A DNA stretch of 64,000 bases, from assembly GCA_028281325.1 (NCBI GenBank), contig JANQKC010000024.1:79474-143473 (forward strand), written 5' to 3'. Positions 26,961 through 36,406 of this stretch are shown here, one piece after another. The position numbers and the translations under genes were made by a program. Positions within the stretch are counted from its first letter, which is position 1. Each line of letters begins with the position of its first letter. The notes under the pieces were generated by a model, which made no database searches, was not told the origin of the DNA, and saw nothing but the letters and a program-made list of their open reading frames with translations. This DNA comes from Alphaproteobacteria bacterium. Its GTDB lineage: Bacteria > Pseudomonadota > Alphaproteobacteria > UBA8366.

Positions 26961-28787
26961 CTAGCGCCGCACGGTGTAGATTCGGAAGCCGCCCGTCGCG
27001 TCGCGGTCGACCGGAACCGGCGTAAGCCAGGCCGGCGGATTGTCCGCAAGCAATCGGCCGTAAAGCCGGTCGGGCTCATCGTCGTCGAGGTAGTGGCGGC
27101 GCTCCGCCGCCGATGGGCAGATCACGATGACGCCGATGTCGCGGCGTTGCGCAATCGCTTGGCTCTCCGCATCGTCCGTCGCCGCCAGCAGCCGGTAGCT
27201 GTCCCAGATGCCGTCGCCGTTGCGGTGATAGGGCGCGCCGACCACCGAATGCGCCGTGCGGTAGAGTATTTCCGGCCCGTAGTCGAGCAATCCCCCGATC
27301 ACGGTCGGCGTTGCGCCCAATCCGTCGCGGTCGTTCAGAAGGTCGGCGATGTTGGCGACCTCGCAGTCGGGGTGTTTTTGATCGATCGTCTTGTCCGGCG
27401 TGACCGCCATGACGAAGGTTCCGGACATCAGCGCACCTAGCATGATGACGAAGGTCGCGCCGCATTTCACGGCGAACTGGCGGGCGCCTTTCAAGGCGTG
27501 TTCGCTCCACGCCATCAGCCGTCCGACGATCTCGGCAAGCGCCCAGACGCTGGCGATCTCGGCGAAGGGGGCGAAGCGTAAGTGTTTCAGCGAGAGCGCG
27601 AAATAGATGCCGAGTACGATGGTCAGAAAGACCCAGCGAAGCGTCGCCGGACGCTTCCGTTCATGCCACAGGACGAATCCCAAGAAGACCAGGCAAGGCA
27701 GGCACGCGCCGACGAAGAAGAGGAACCGGCCGAACGATTTCATGTCCGTTGGCGCCAGCGGTTTCAGCTCGGCGACTTGGTCGTGCCAGATCGGCAGGAT
27801 CCGGGGGTCGACCGTGGCGAAGGGACCGGCGAAGAAATCCGGGAACAGGATGCCGAAGACGCCTAGGCTGGCGACGCCCGCGATGCCCGCGACGGCCATG
27901 CGCGCGCGCAGCGTCGCATCGGCGTGGCGGTGTCCGTTCCGGTACAGCGTCACCCAGAAGCCGGTCGCGATCGCGGCTAGGGCGACATGTACGATGGAAA
28001 GGCGGTCGTATTCGATCTCGAACCAGCCGGTGATCGGTCGTTCGATGATCAGGGACACGACTGTCGTCGCCAGGAACGCGCCGGCCACGACGATCTGATT
28101 TCGGGTGAATGCGCGATCGCGCCAAAGCCAAAGGACTGCGAGCGTCGCTTGGCACACGCCGACCAGCAGCAGCAGTTCGATACTGACCCAAAGCGCGCCG
28201 CCATAGGCGATGCCGGCGCCAACCGCCGTCCGGACCGATCGACGGTCGGTCATCAGGCGCAGCGTCGCGCCCATGCACAGGATGAAGGCGACGAACTGCA
28301 AGCCATGATGATCGGCGCGGCCCATCATGGTGTAGCTGAGAACGCCCGGCTGCAGCAGAAAGATGAAGACCGCGAGGATGGCGCGGTCGCGGCCGAGGAC
28401 CGGCCGGGCCGCCCAGGCCATCGCGATACAGGCGAAGAAAGCGATGATCGGCGACGTCACGACCCCCGCGATGAACAACGCCTGGGCATCGTCCGTGAAC
28501 GGGGAGACCAAGGCCATGACCGTCAGGATGATCACGTCCATCGGCCGCGTCCAATGCAGTACGTCGCCATAAGGGGCGTTGCTGCGCGCGATCAGCGATT
28601 CGTACCAGCCGGCGCCGGCCAGCAGTTCCTTGATGCGGACCAGCCGCATGTAACCGTCCGGACCGAGCAATTCACCGTCGAACACGGGTGCGGCCACGGT
28701 CTGTCCCAGCATGGCATGCAGAACCGCCCATAAGCCGAGAATGATCAGCCATGGTATAAAGACACTGGTTTTGCCTGAAGCGGCCAT
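26961..28787 (-). CDS. Large polytopic membrane protein with a C-terminal soluble domain (possible GT-C-fold glycosyltransferase)
   Basis: More than 12 TM helices followed by an approximately 150-aa hydrophilic C-terminus. The start (ATG 28787 or TTG 28838) is uncertain. Confidence 0.5.
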   Translation of the reverse strand: MAASGKTSVFIPWLIILGLWAVLHAMLGQTVAAPVFDGELLGPDGYMRLVRIKELLAGAGWYESLIARSNAPYGDVLHWTRPMDVIILTVMALVSPFTDDAQALFIAGVVTSPIIAFFACIAMAWAARPVLGRDRAILAVFIFLLQPGVLSYTMMGRADHHGLQFVAFILCMGATLRLMTDRRSVRTAVGAGIAYGGALWVSIELLLLVGVCQATLAVLWLWRDRAFTRNQIVVAGAFLATTVVSLIIERPITGWFEIEYDRLSIVHVALAAIATGFWVTLYRNGHRHADATLRARMAVAGIAGVASLGVFGILFPDFFAGPFATVDPRILPIWHDQVAELKPLAPTDMKSFGRFLFFVGACLPCLVFLGFVLWHERKRPATLRWVFLTIVLGIYFALSLKHLRFAPFAEIASVWALAEIVGRLMAWSEHALKGARQFAVKCGATFVIMLGALMSGTFVMAVTPDKTIDQKHPDCEVANIADLLNDRDGLGATPTVIGGLLDYGPEILYRTAHSVVGAPYHRNGDGIWDSYRLLAATDDAESQAIAQRRDIGVIVICPSAAERRHYLDDDEPDRLYGRLLADNPPAWLTPVPVDRDATGGFRIYTVRR

Positions 28788-28907
28788 GAATGCGCGGTCC
28801 GTTGTGGATTGAGGGCCGCTGCAAGTCTTAATTAACAATGGTTACCAAAAGGTTGCCCGCGGCCCGATGAGAGCCCGCCGGCCCGCACAGAAGAAGGAGC
28901 GCGAAGA

Positions 28908-29960
28908 ATGCCGACAGTACCTGCCGACCGATTGGAGAAGATTGCCGCGACGCTGTTACAGGGCGCGGGCGCGAGCGCGGAAGAGGCGGCAATCGTCGCG
29001 CGGCACAGCATCGGGGCCAATCTGGCCGGTCATGATTCGCACGGAATCATCCAGATTCCGGTCTATATCGACCGGGTGAACAAGGAGCATATCGTTCCCG
29101 GCGCGCCGTTCGACATCACCCGTGAAACGCCGACCACGACCGTGATCGACGGTCATTGGGGCTTCGGCTACGTGGTATCGGAGCGGGCGATGCAGATCAC
29201 CATCGACAAGGCCAAGAAGAACGGTGTCGCCGCGACCACCGTTTTCCGGCAAAGCCATGTCGGCCGTGTCGCGGATTATCCGATCATGGCGGCCAACGAA
29301 GGCCTGATCGGCATGATGACCGCCGATTCCGGCCGTTCGCCGAAATCCGTCGTACCCTTCGGCGGTCGCGAGCCCCGCCTCGGCACGAACCCGATCAGCA
29401 TCGCCATGCCGTCCGACCTGGATGGTCCCTTCTTCATCGACATGGCGACGTCGGCGGCGGCGGCTGGCAAGCTCAAGGTCGCGCAGTCCCGCGGCACGTC
29501 GATCCCCGAGGGATGGGTGCTCGACAAGGACGGCAATCCGTCCACGGACCCTTTCGCGTTGACCAAAGGCGGCTCGGTGTTGCCGCTCGGCGGCCCGGAG
29601 GGGCACAAGGGATACGGTCTCTCCGCGATGATTGAAATCTTCTCCGGCATCCTGACCGGGCTCGGGTTCGGGGTGGAACCCAGCGGTCGGCATAACGACG
29701 GCGTCTTCATGGCGGCGTTCCAGGTCGACGCCTTCAAGGATTTGGCGGAGTTCAAACAGGAAGTGGCCGACTTCGCCGCCTATCTCAAGGATACGCCGAA
29801 GGCCGCGGGCTTCGATGAAATCTTCTATCCCGGTGAGTTGGAGCACCTGCGGACACAGAAGGGGTTGGACGAGGGCGTCGCCGTCGAGGACGCGACGTGG
29901 GAGAAGCTGGTCGGGCTCGCCAAGGAATACGGCGTCGCCGATCAGTTGCAGATGAGCTAA
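28908..29960 (+). CDS. Ldh_2-family oxidoreductase (malate/L-lactate/ureidoglycolate dehydrogenase type 2)
   Basis: HDSHGI motif and family-typical length. Confidence 0.8.
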   Translation: MPTVPADRLEKIAATLLQGAGASAEEAAIVARHSIGANLAGHDSHGIIQIPVYIDRVNKEHIVPGAPFDITRETPTTTVIDGHWGFGYVVSERAMQITIDKAKKNGVAATTVFRQSHVGRVADYPIMAANEGLIGMMTADSGRSPKSVVPFGGREPRLGTNPISIAMPSDLDGPFFIDMATSAAAAGKLKVAQSRGTSIPEGWVLDKDGNPSTDPFALTKGGSVLPLGGPEGHKGYGLSAMIEIFSGILTGLGFGVEPSGRHNDGVFMAAFQVDAFKDLAEFKQEVADFAAYLKDTPKAAGFDEIFYPGELEHLRTQKGLDEGVAVEDATWEKLVGLAKEYGVADQLQMS

Positions 29961-29986
29961 CGCGCCCGGGAAAAGGAGATTTTGCA

Positions 29987-30151
29987 TGACGGAGAAAGAG
30001 AGCCGCTACGTCTTCCGCGCAAGTGCGGCGCCGCTCACCGAGATCGGCCCGGGGGACATGGCGCATATTCCCGCCGGATACGAGCATCGTCACCGCACGA
30101 GCGCGATCGGTGACGAGCCGGTGCGATACTTTATTACCGAATTCGAGTGAT
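29987..30151 (+). CDS. Small (54 aa) cupin-like fragment ORF
   Basis: Strong SD (aaaggag) 7 nt upstream. GPGDMAHIPAGYEHRH resembles a cupin metal-site strand. Confidence 0.3.
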
Positions 30152-30334
30152 CGCGCCGGGCATGACCGCCCGTCGATACAATTGAAACAAAGCCGGCCCG
30201 GATCTGACATCGGGCCGAAAAGCCGACTGACTAAAACCCGGCGCTATGGGAACACCATGGCGCCGGGATCGTTTTGCCTCTTCCCAATGCCGCCATGGCG
30301 CATTGTCCAGGCAAAGAATTTTTTGGGAATAGGA

Positions 30335-31360
30335 ATGATCGCTATGAAATTCGTCATTTTCGGCGCAACCGTCTTGATAACCGCCTTGGCCAGCGCGGCG
30401 GAAGCGCGCAATCATCTGCACATCGTCAGTTCGCCCGGCGATTTCGTCTTCACGTCGAAGGTTGCGGAAAGCTTCGCCCGCGAATACCGTCAACCGACGC
30501 CGGTCGTCCGGCGCACCGGGTCGCGAACGACGGTTAGGAAATTCTGCGCCGGTATCGGCGTCGACCATCCCGACATCGTCAGCCTGCCGCGCCCGATGCA
30601 GCAAGCGGAAATCGACGAATGCCGGCGCAACGGCGTCAAGCGCATCACGCAGATCAAAGTGGGCTACGAAGCCATCGTCTTGGCACGACAGCGCGGCGCC
30701 TTCCGCTTCGACGTGAACAAGGCACATCTGTTCAAAGCCTTGGCGAAAGAGGTGCCCGTCGACGGCCGCATGGTGTCGAACCCGTATCGGAAGTGGAGTG
30801 ATATCGACCCCCTCCTGCCGCCGATTCCCATTCGCGTGATCGGGCCGCGGTCGGATTCCGAAATCCGCCATGCCTTCGTGAAACTGGTGATGGTCGAGGC
30901 CTGTCGGACCGTACCGGAATTGGCGGCTCTCGATGCGCCCCTCCGCGATAAGGTCTGCACCACCTTTCGAGACGATGGGGCGTTTCGGGCGGTGGCGCGG
31001 ACCTATCGCGATACGGCCCGGTTTCTGGAACGCGATTCCGCACGGATCGCGATCATGCCCTACTCTGTCTATGAGGAATGGGACGAGGCGTTGACAACCG
31101 TGCGGGTCGACAGTGTCGCGCCGACTCCGGCGACAGTCGCGCGCAGCGAATATCCGATCGTCTGCCCATTCTTCGTCTACGTAAAGACGCAGCATTACGA
31201 TCGGGTGCCGGGACTTCTCGAATTCGTGGTGGAGTACACGAGCGACCGGGCCTGGGGGCCGGACGGATATCTGATCGATGACGGTCTTATCCCGATGACC
31301 GAACGGGACCGCCGGTGGCACCGCGCCAACGCGATCGGCTTCACGCCGATGCCGCAGTAG
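30335..31360 (+). CDS. Periplasmic PBP-superfamily protein (PstS/PBP_like_2-type phosphate-binding domain)
   Basis: Signal peptide MIAMKFVIFGATVLITALASAAEA and a gggaatagga SD. The family assignment is by eye. Confidence 0.5.
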   Translation: MIAMKFVIFGATVLITALASAAEARNHLHIVSSPGDFVFTSKVAESFAREYRQPTPVVRRTGSRTTVRKFCAGIGVDHPDIVSLPRPMQQAEIDECRRNGVKRITQIKVGYEAIVLARQRGAFRFDVNKAHLFKALAKEVPVDGRMVSNPYRKWSDIDPLLPPIPIRVIGPRSDSEIRHAFVKLVMVEACRTVPELAALDAPLRDKVCTTFRDDGAFRAVARTYRDTARFLERDSARIAIMPYSVYEEWDEALTTVRVDSVAPTPATVARSEYPIVCPFFVYVKTQHYDRVPGLLEFVVEYTSDRAWGPDGYLIDDGLIPMTERDRRWHRANAIGFTPMPQ

Positions 31361-31430
31361 GGCGCTGTGGTAAGCCGACAAAACGAAAGAGCCGGAATCC
31401 CGGGACGTGCCTGGGAATTCCGACTCTTCG

Positions 31431-32570
31431 CTAGACCTCCTTTCGGTCGCGCGGCTTGATCCGCACGAGGTCGTCGAGCACGCCGTCCATGCCGTTGCCG
31501 ACAATGACGTTCCCGACCTTTTCGGACACCTTCTCAAGCGCCTCCAACTCCTTCAGCCGCAGGAGGATCGGGTTGTCCTCCATCAGCTTCGCGGTGTTCA
31601 GGAGGGACCGCGTCGCCGCCGTCTCCTCCCGGCGCTTGATCACGTTCGCCTGCGCGGTCTTTTCCGCCTCGATGACGCGGTTCATCAGCTCCCGCACGTC
31701 GCCGGGCAGGACGATGTCCTTGACCCCGGTCGCGGTCACCTCAAGACCGTTCGCCTCGAGCTTCGGCACCAACCGCTCGGCGATCGCCGCGTTGATCCCC
31801 TGCTTGTCGCCCAGCACCTCTTCGAGGGTCCGGGTTCCGACCACCTGACGCAGAGCGAACTGAAGCTCCTTGTACAGGTAGTCCCGCAGGTCGGCCGTGA
31901 CCGTCACCGCCGCCATCGGGTCGGCGATGCGGTAGACCGCGGTCACGTTGGCGCGGACGCCGATGCGGTCCTTGGTCAGCACGTCCTGACCCGTGACCTC
32001 GAGGGTCTGCAGACGCAGGTCGAGGGTCACCGCATCGACACGCTTAGCCGCCCGGATGAAGGCGTAGCGTCCCGGCGTCAGCTGCCGATCGATCACGCCG
32101 TCCACGTACAACAGCGCGACATATCCGGCCGGCACGTCGACGACCTTGATCAGGTCGGCGGCGTTGAGCCGGGCGAGCGGCGCCACGAGCGCCTGCGGCA
32201 CGTCGATCTCCGCCTCGACGTCGAGGGTCTGGATCTCGATTTCCCGCAGCGTCTTGGCGTAGAACGTCCGTTCGCCCGGGCCGACCGCGTCGACCAGCTT
32301 GCCGCCGGCGAAGACGAGGCCGAGCGTGTTGTCGGCCATATCGGCGACGGCGAAGTGCTCGCGCACGACCGCCGGCCGCGTCAGGTACAACGCCTCCAAC
32401 GCCGCGTCGCGGACCGGCATCTGCCGCAGGTCCAGCTTGCGGACCTCGGTGTGGCCGGACACGGTCTGCATCCGGCGATAGGTTCCGGGTCCCAGAACCT
32501 TCTGGAAGACCCGGTCGCGGTACAGGAGCCCCAGCTCCGTCTCCGCGATCATATCCGTACGAAAAACCAT
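31431..32570 (-). CDS. SPFH/band-7 domain protein (slipin-like)
   Basis: SPFH core followed by a coiled-coil tail. Confidence 0.75.
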   Translation of the reverse strand: MVFRTDMIAETELGLLYRDRVFQKVLGPGTYRRMQTVSGHTEVRKLDLRQMPVRDAALEALYLTRPAVVREHFAVADMADNTLGLVFAGGKLVDAVGPGERTFYAKTLREIEIQTLDVEAEIDVPQALVAPLARLNAADLIKVVDVPAGYVALLYVDGVIDRQLTPGRYAFIRAAKRVDAVTLDLRLQTLEVTGQDVLTKDRIGVRANVTAVYRIADPMAAVTVTADLRDYLYKELQFALRQVVGTRTLEEVLGDKQGINAAIAERLVPKLEANGLEVTATGVKDIVLPGDVRELMNRVIEAEKTAQANVIKRREETAATRSLLNTAKLMEDNPILLRLKELEALEKVSEKVGNVIVGNGMDGVLDDLVRIKPRDRKEV

Positions 32571-32920
32571 CGGTCTTCTCCTTTACTTCTTTCGCACTCG
32601 GTGGAACGGAAAAGTTCCTAATGAATGGAGTGTCGAGGCAACCGGACGGAACCCGGCGGTCGGCCGTGGACCGTGCGATCGCGGGGCCGTCTTCCGGCGG
32701 CGCGCGGGCGGGGGTTCCGGCCGGTTCCGAAACCCGAAGGCTTCATCGTCGGTCCGGCGTGCCCGCCCGCGGTCCGCTGGAATCGGGACGCGCGAGCAGC
32801 GCGGCTCAAAGCGGCGTCATGCCTGGCTTCGGCGCGGCGAGACACACGTCCCGCCGATCCGAAACCTGGCTTCCGTCCGGCACCCCAGAAATCAATTTGG
32901 CTTCTGCTAATGGCGCAGTT

Positions 32921-32994
32921 TCTGGATGGGAGGACTCGAACCTCCAACAGCTGAGTTAAAAGCTCAGAACTCTAACCAATTGAGCTACATCATG
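32921..32994 (-). tRNA. tRNA-Lys(UUU)-like sequence with a defective acceptor stem (possible pseudo-tRNA)
   Basis: T arm GGAGG-TTCGAGT-CCTCC, anticodon arm CTGAG-CTTTTAA-CTCAG and D arm GCTC...GAGT are all present. Acceptor pairs 2-71 and 3-70 mismatch. The 5' end overlaps the CCA of the adjacent tRNA-Met. Confidence 0.4.
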
Positions 32995-33067
32995 GAGCCG
33001 ATGACGGGAGTCGAACCCGCGGCCTGCGGATTATGATCCGCCGCTCTACCATCTGAGCTACATCGGC
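32993..33067 (-). tRNA. tRNA-Met(CAT), elongator-like
   Basis: Reads GCCGATG-TA-GCTC-AGATGGTA-GAGC ... GCGGG-TTCGACT-CCCGT-CATCGGC-T-CCA, with a perfect acceptor stem. By my reading the anticodon loop is 6 nt (TCATAA) rather than 7. Confidence 0.6.
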
Positions 33068-33467
33068 GGGCTATCCGTCGTCGCGACACACGCGGGGCGC
33101 ATTACGGGCGCCGGGCGCGCCGGCCGGGTATACGGAACCCGGACCATAGGACGCGGATGATCCTGCTAAAGGACCTAACGAATAACGCCTGACAGCCTAA
33201 ACGCTGGGTGCCGGCTTTCGCCTATGTTTGGAAAGAATGTTTCATCGGTCTTGCCCTTTCTGATCTGCGCGTCGCGGCGGGCAAGACGCGTCTGGAAACG
33301 GCGCGTCAGGCCCGTAGGCGGCCTCGCTCTATTGAGTTGTTTGGTTTTAATGACGGACAGGTCATTGTGATTCCCAAATGTTTTCGGTTTCCAAGACATC
33401 CGCCCGGTTGCGAGCGGACGGGGCTTGTACGCCGGTTCCTGATTCCGATCAACCCGGATTCAGCGTC

Positions 33468-33527
33468 TCGGGCGAAAAAGAAACGAACCGGTCGCGACGG
33501 ACGCCGGACCGGTTCGTTTCTTGTCGG
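33468..33527. terminator. Bidirectional rho-independent terminator (14-bp stem GAAACGAACCGGTC/GACCGGTTCGTTTC with A-run and T-run flanks)
   Basis: Perfect inverted repeat 25 nt downstream of the minus-strand enoyl-CoA hydratase stop. A T-tract follows on the minus strand (TTTCTTTTTC). Confidence 0.55.
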
Positions 33528-33551
33528 ATGCCGGCTTATCGGGTCAGGTTG

Positions 33552-34325
33552 TTACCGGCCCTTGCGTTTGATGAAATCGGGGAAGGCGTCCTCGGCCTTG
33601 GCGCCCGGCAGCACATGCTTTGCGTAGTCCTTCTCAATGGTCCATTGATCGACCAGGCTGCGGCCCTTCTGTTGCAGCAACAGCGATTTGATCCCCATGA
33701 CCGATTTGCGGTCGTTGCCTGCGATCTGCTTGGCCAGTTCCATGGTCTTGTCGCGCAGCTCGGCGCTCGGCACCAGATGGTTCAGCAGGCCGATGCGGTA
33801 GGCCTCCTCGGCCTTGACCACGCGGGCGCTGAACAGCAGTTCCTTGGCCATCGGCCAGCCGACCTGATTCGGCAGCGTCCAGGTGCTGTTGATCCGGCCG
33901 TAGGCGGCGGCGAGGAAGCGGAACTGGGTCCGCTCGCAACCGATCCGCATGTCGACCGACGACGCCAGCACCGCACCGCCGCCGTAGGCCAGCCCGTTCA
34001 TCATGCCGATGGTCGGCTTCAGGCAGGCGCTGACCTCGTAGCCGCTGAGGGTCCGCACCGTGGCGCTGCGGTCGAGCTTGCCCTCCTTCTCCAGCCGGTC
34101 GTTCTCGCGCTGTTCGTGGATGTCGCCGCCGGCGGTGAAGGCGCGTTCGCCGGATCCGGTGATGACGATGCAGCCGACGTCGTCGTCCTCTTCGGCGCGC
34201 AGAACCGCCTTCTGCAGTTCGGCGGTGAGTTTGTTGTTCATGGCGTTCAGGACTTCGGGCCGGTTCAGCGTCACGATCGCCACGCCGTCCTCCTTGTCCA
34301 CCAGGATATGCTCGTAGTCGCTCAT
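33552..34325 (-). CDS. Enoyl-CoA hydratase/isomerase (crotonase family)
   Basis: Crotonase fold motifs; the ATG at 34325 has an AAGGAAG SD. Confidence 0.85.
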   Translation of the reverse strand: MSDYEHILVDKEDGVAIVTLNRPEVLNAMNNKLTAELQKAVLRAEEDDDVGCIVITGSGERAFTAGGDIHEQRENDRLEKEGKLDRSATVRTLSGYEVSACLKPTIGMMNGLAYGGGAVLASSVDMRIGCERTQFRFLAAAYGRINSTWTLPNQVGWPMAKELLFSARVVKAEEAYRIGLLNHLVPSAELRDKTMELAKQIAGNDRKSVMGIKSLLLQQKGRSLVDQWTIEKDYAKHVLPGAKAEDAFPDFIKRKGR

Positions 34326-34429
34326 CGGCGGCGCTTCCTTTCGTAAAAGATCAGGGGGCCCGTCAGGCGCGGGCGATTTCTTCAATCATACTGTATGGGG
34401 CCGGACGAGATCGATTCGAGGCCGCCAAC

Positions 34430-35296
34430 TCAAACCTCGAAACGATAGACCTTGCCGTCGCGGCGGATATGGCCGGCGGTCGGCGTGGCGAAGTGGGTGC
34501 CGATGACCAGCACCGGCGTGTCCGCATAGCGGTCGAGCAGGTTTTCCCGCGTCGCGCGCGCGGCGTTCGAATCCACGTCCGCGCTGCTGACCCAGTCCGG
34601 CCGCGCCATCTGGCAGGGGTGATGCATCACGTCCCCGGTGATCAGCGCTTCCTCGCCCTTCGAAGAGATGCGCACGCTGACATGCCCCGGCGTGTGACCG
34701 GGCGTCGGTTCCAGACGCACTTCGTCGCAAATTTGTTCGTCCGACGCGACGAAGTCGACCAACCCCGCGTCGAACACCGGCTTGACCGAGTCCCCAAAGC
34801 AATCGTCCCCGCGCCCGTTGGGGCCGCTATGGGCCTGCCAGTGGTCCCATTCGGTCTGCCCGATCAGGTAACGCGCGTTGGGGAAGGTCGGGACCCACTT
34901 GCCGTCGACCAGCATGGTGTTCCAGCCCACGTGATCCACGTGCAGATGGGTGCACAGGACCGTATCGATCGACTCGCGCGGATAGCCCGCTTCGGCGATG
35001 TCGTCTAGGAAAGGGCCGGTGCGCATGTGCCAGCCGGGGATGGCGCGCTGCTTGTCGTTGCCGAGGCAGGTGTCGACCATGATGCGCCGCGCGCCCGTAT
35101 CGACGATCAGCGCATGGATGCTCATAATCAGCCGCCCGTCCGGGTCCATGAAATGCGGCTTCAGCCAGTCGATATCCACCACGTTCTCCCGCGTCGCGTC
35201 GGGCAGGATGAACTTCGTGCCGCCGGTCACCTGTATCTCGATGACCCGGGTGACTTTGACGTCGCCGATCTGCCATGGAGCGCTAACTTGTGTCAT
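34430..35296 (-). CDS. MBL-fold metallo-hydrolase (lactonase-like)
   Basis: THLHVDHVGWN (HxHxDH) motif; start 35296 with GGGGAG SD. Confidence 0.75.
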   Translation of the reverse strand: MTQVSAPWQIGDVKVTRVIEIQVTGGTKFILPDATRENVVDIDWLKPHFMDPDGRLIMSIHALIVDTGARRIMVDTCLGNDKQRAIPGWHMRTGPFLDDIAEAGYPRESIDTVLCTHLHVDHVGWNTMLVDGKWVPTFPNARYLIGQTEWDHWQAHSGPNGRGDDCFGDSVKPVFDAGLVDFVASDEQICDEVRLEPTPGHTPGHVSVRISSKGEEALITGDVMHHPCQMARPDWVSSADVDSNAARATRENLLDRYADTPVLVIGTHFATPTAGHIRRDGKVYRFEV

Positions 35297-35352
35297 CGAA
35301 CTCCCCGATTTGAGTGTGCGTTGCGCTACCCTGCCACAACGGTGTCGTCGGG

Positions 35353-36261
35353 TCATAGTCGGGCCTGCAGCCGCGCGACGATGGCCACTGCGGTTTCGGA
35401 AACCGTGCGGACGAATTGCTCGGCGGTCCGGGTCGGTCGGGCATCCTTCGGTGACAGGACGCCGTAGGGGATGGAGACGGCGGGGTCGACCCGGCGGATT
35501 GTCAATTGGTCCGGCGGAAAAAGGTCGAGAATGAAGGGATCGGCGAGCGTCGCGCCAAGCCCTTTGGTGACCAGCTGACAGGCGGAAAAGACGTTCGACG
35601 TCTCGGTCTGAATCAGCGGCGGTTTTGCTTGCGACGCAAAAAAGGCATCGAACCGCTGCCGCATCGGACGGCCGCGCGTCAGCCGAATGAACGGCGCTTC
35701 GGCCAGGTCTTTGGCGCGCAGCGGGGATTGGTGCTTCAGAGCGGAATTCGGCGGCAGGGCCGCCAGCAACGGCACCTCGATGAGCGGCTTCACCGAGATC
35801 ATCGGATGGTCCATCGGGAGAGGCGCGAACCCGAGGTCGAACTGATGACCCGCGATCCAGTCCGCGAGGTCGTCGCGGGACCGGATTTCCAAGGCGTGCG
35901 CGACGGCGGGGTGTTCCGCTGTGAAGGCCGAGATGGCCTCCGGCATGAGCGTGTAGGCCAGATGCGGTTGCGCCAAAAGGCGCAGCCGTTCGCGGTACGG
36001 CCCGCGAATGTCTTCGGCGACCAGGTCCAAATGGTCCATGCCGCTCAAGATACGCTCGACCTCGCGGTAAAACCGCTTGCCCTCGGCGGTCGGAAAGAGG
36101 CGCTGTCGCCGCCGCGTGAACAGCGGGAACCCCAAATCCGCTTCGAGGTCCGCGATCATGCGGCTGACTTGCGGTTGCGTGCGGCCCATTTGCCGCGCGG
36201 CCGCTGTCACCGTGCGCGATTCCATCACGGTGTGGAAGGCGCGCAACGCCTGTAGTTTCAT
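35353..36261 (-). CDS. LysR-family transcriptional regulator
   Basis: N-terminal HTH (TVTAAARQMGRTQPQVSRMIADLE) plus a LysR substrate-binding domain. Confidence 0.85.
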   Translation of the reverse strand: MKLQALRAFHTVMESRTVTAAARQMGRTQPQVSRMIADLEADLGFPLFTRRRQRLFPTAEGKRFYREVERILSGMDHLDLVAEDIRGPYRERLRLLAQPHLAYTLMPEAISAFTAEHPAVAHALEIRSRDDLADWIAGHQFDLGFAPLPMDHPMISVKPLIEVPLLAALPPNSALKHQSPLRAKDLAEAPFIRLTRGRPMRQRFDAFFASQAKPPLIQTETSNVFSACQLVTKGLGATLADPFILDLFPPDQLTIRRVDPAVSIPYGVLSPKDARPTRTAEQFVRTVSETAVAIVARLQARL

Positions 36262-36303
36262 CTGATCCTCGCCAGTTTATGCGAATTAAGCATTAACTTG
36301 GAA

Positions 36304-36324
36304 AATAATACATTATCAATTATT
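36304..36324. promoter_or_regulatory. Candidate LysR operator: inverted repeat AATAAT-N9-ATTATT in the AT-rich divergent intergenic region
   Basis: A 6-bp inverted repeat sits inside an AT-rich patch between the divergent LysR and sulfatase genes. Confidence 0.3.
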
Positions 36325-36406
36325 AACTTTGCCGGTTACCGTTCGGAACGCTGCCGTCCCAAGGCGGACGACGCTCCTCGACAGGCTTGAGAGAGAAACC
36401 GCACCG

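Noticed and set aside
33208-33627. 139-aa plus-strand ORF between the tRNA genes and the crotonase gene
   Set aside because: It runs through a strong terminator hairpin and overlaps the 3' end of the hydratase gene. It has no SD or domain resemblance and is most likely non-coding.
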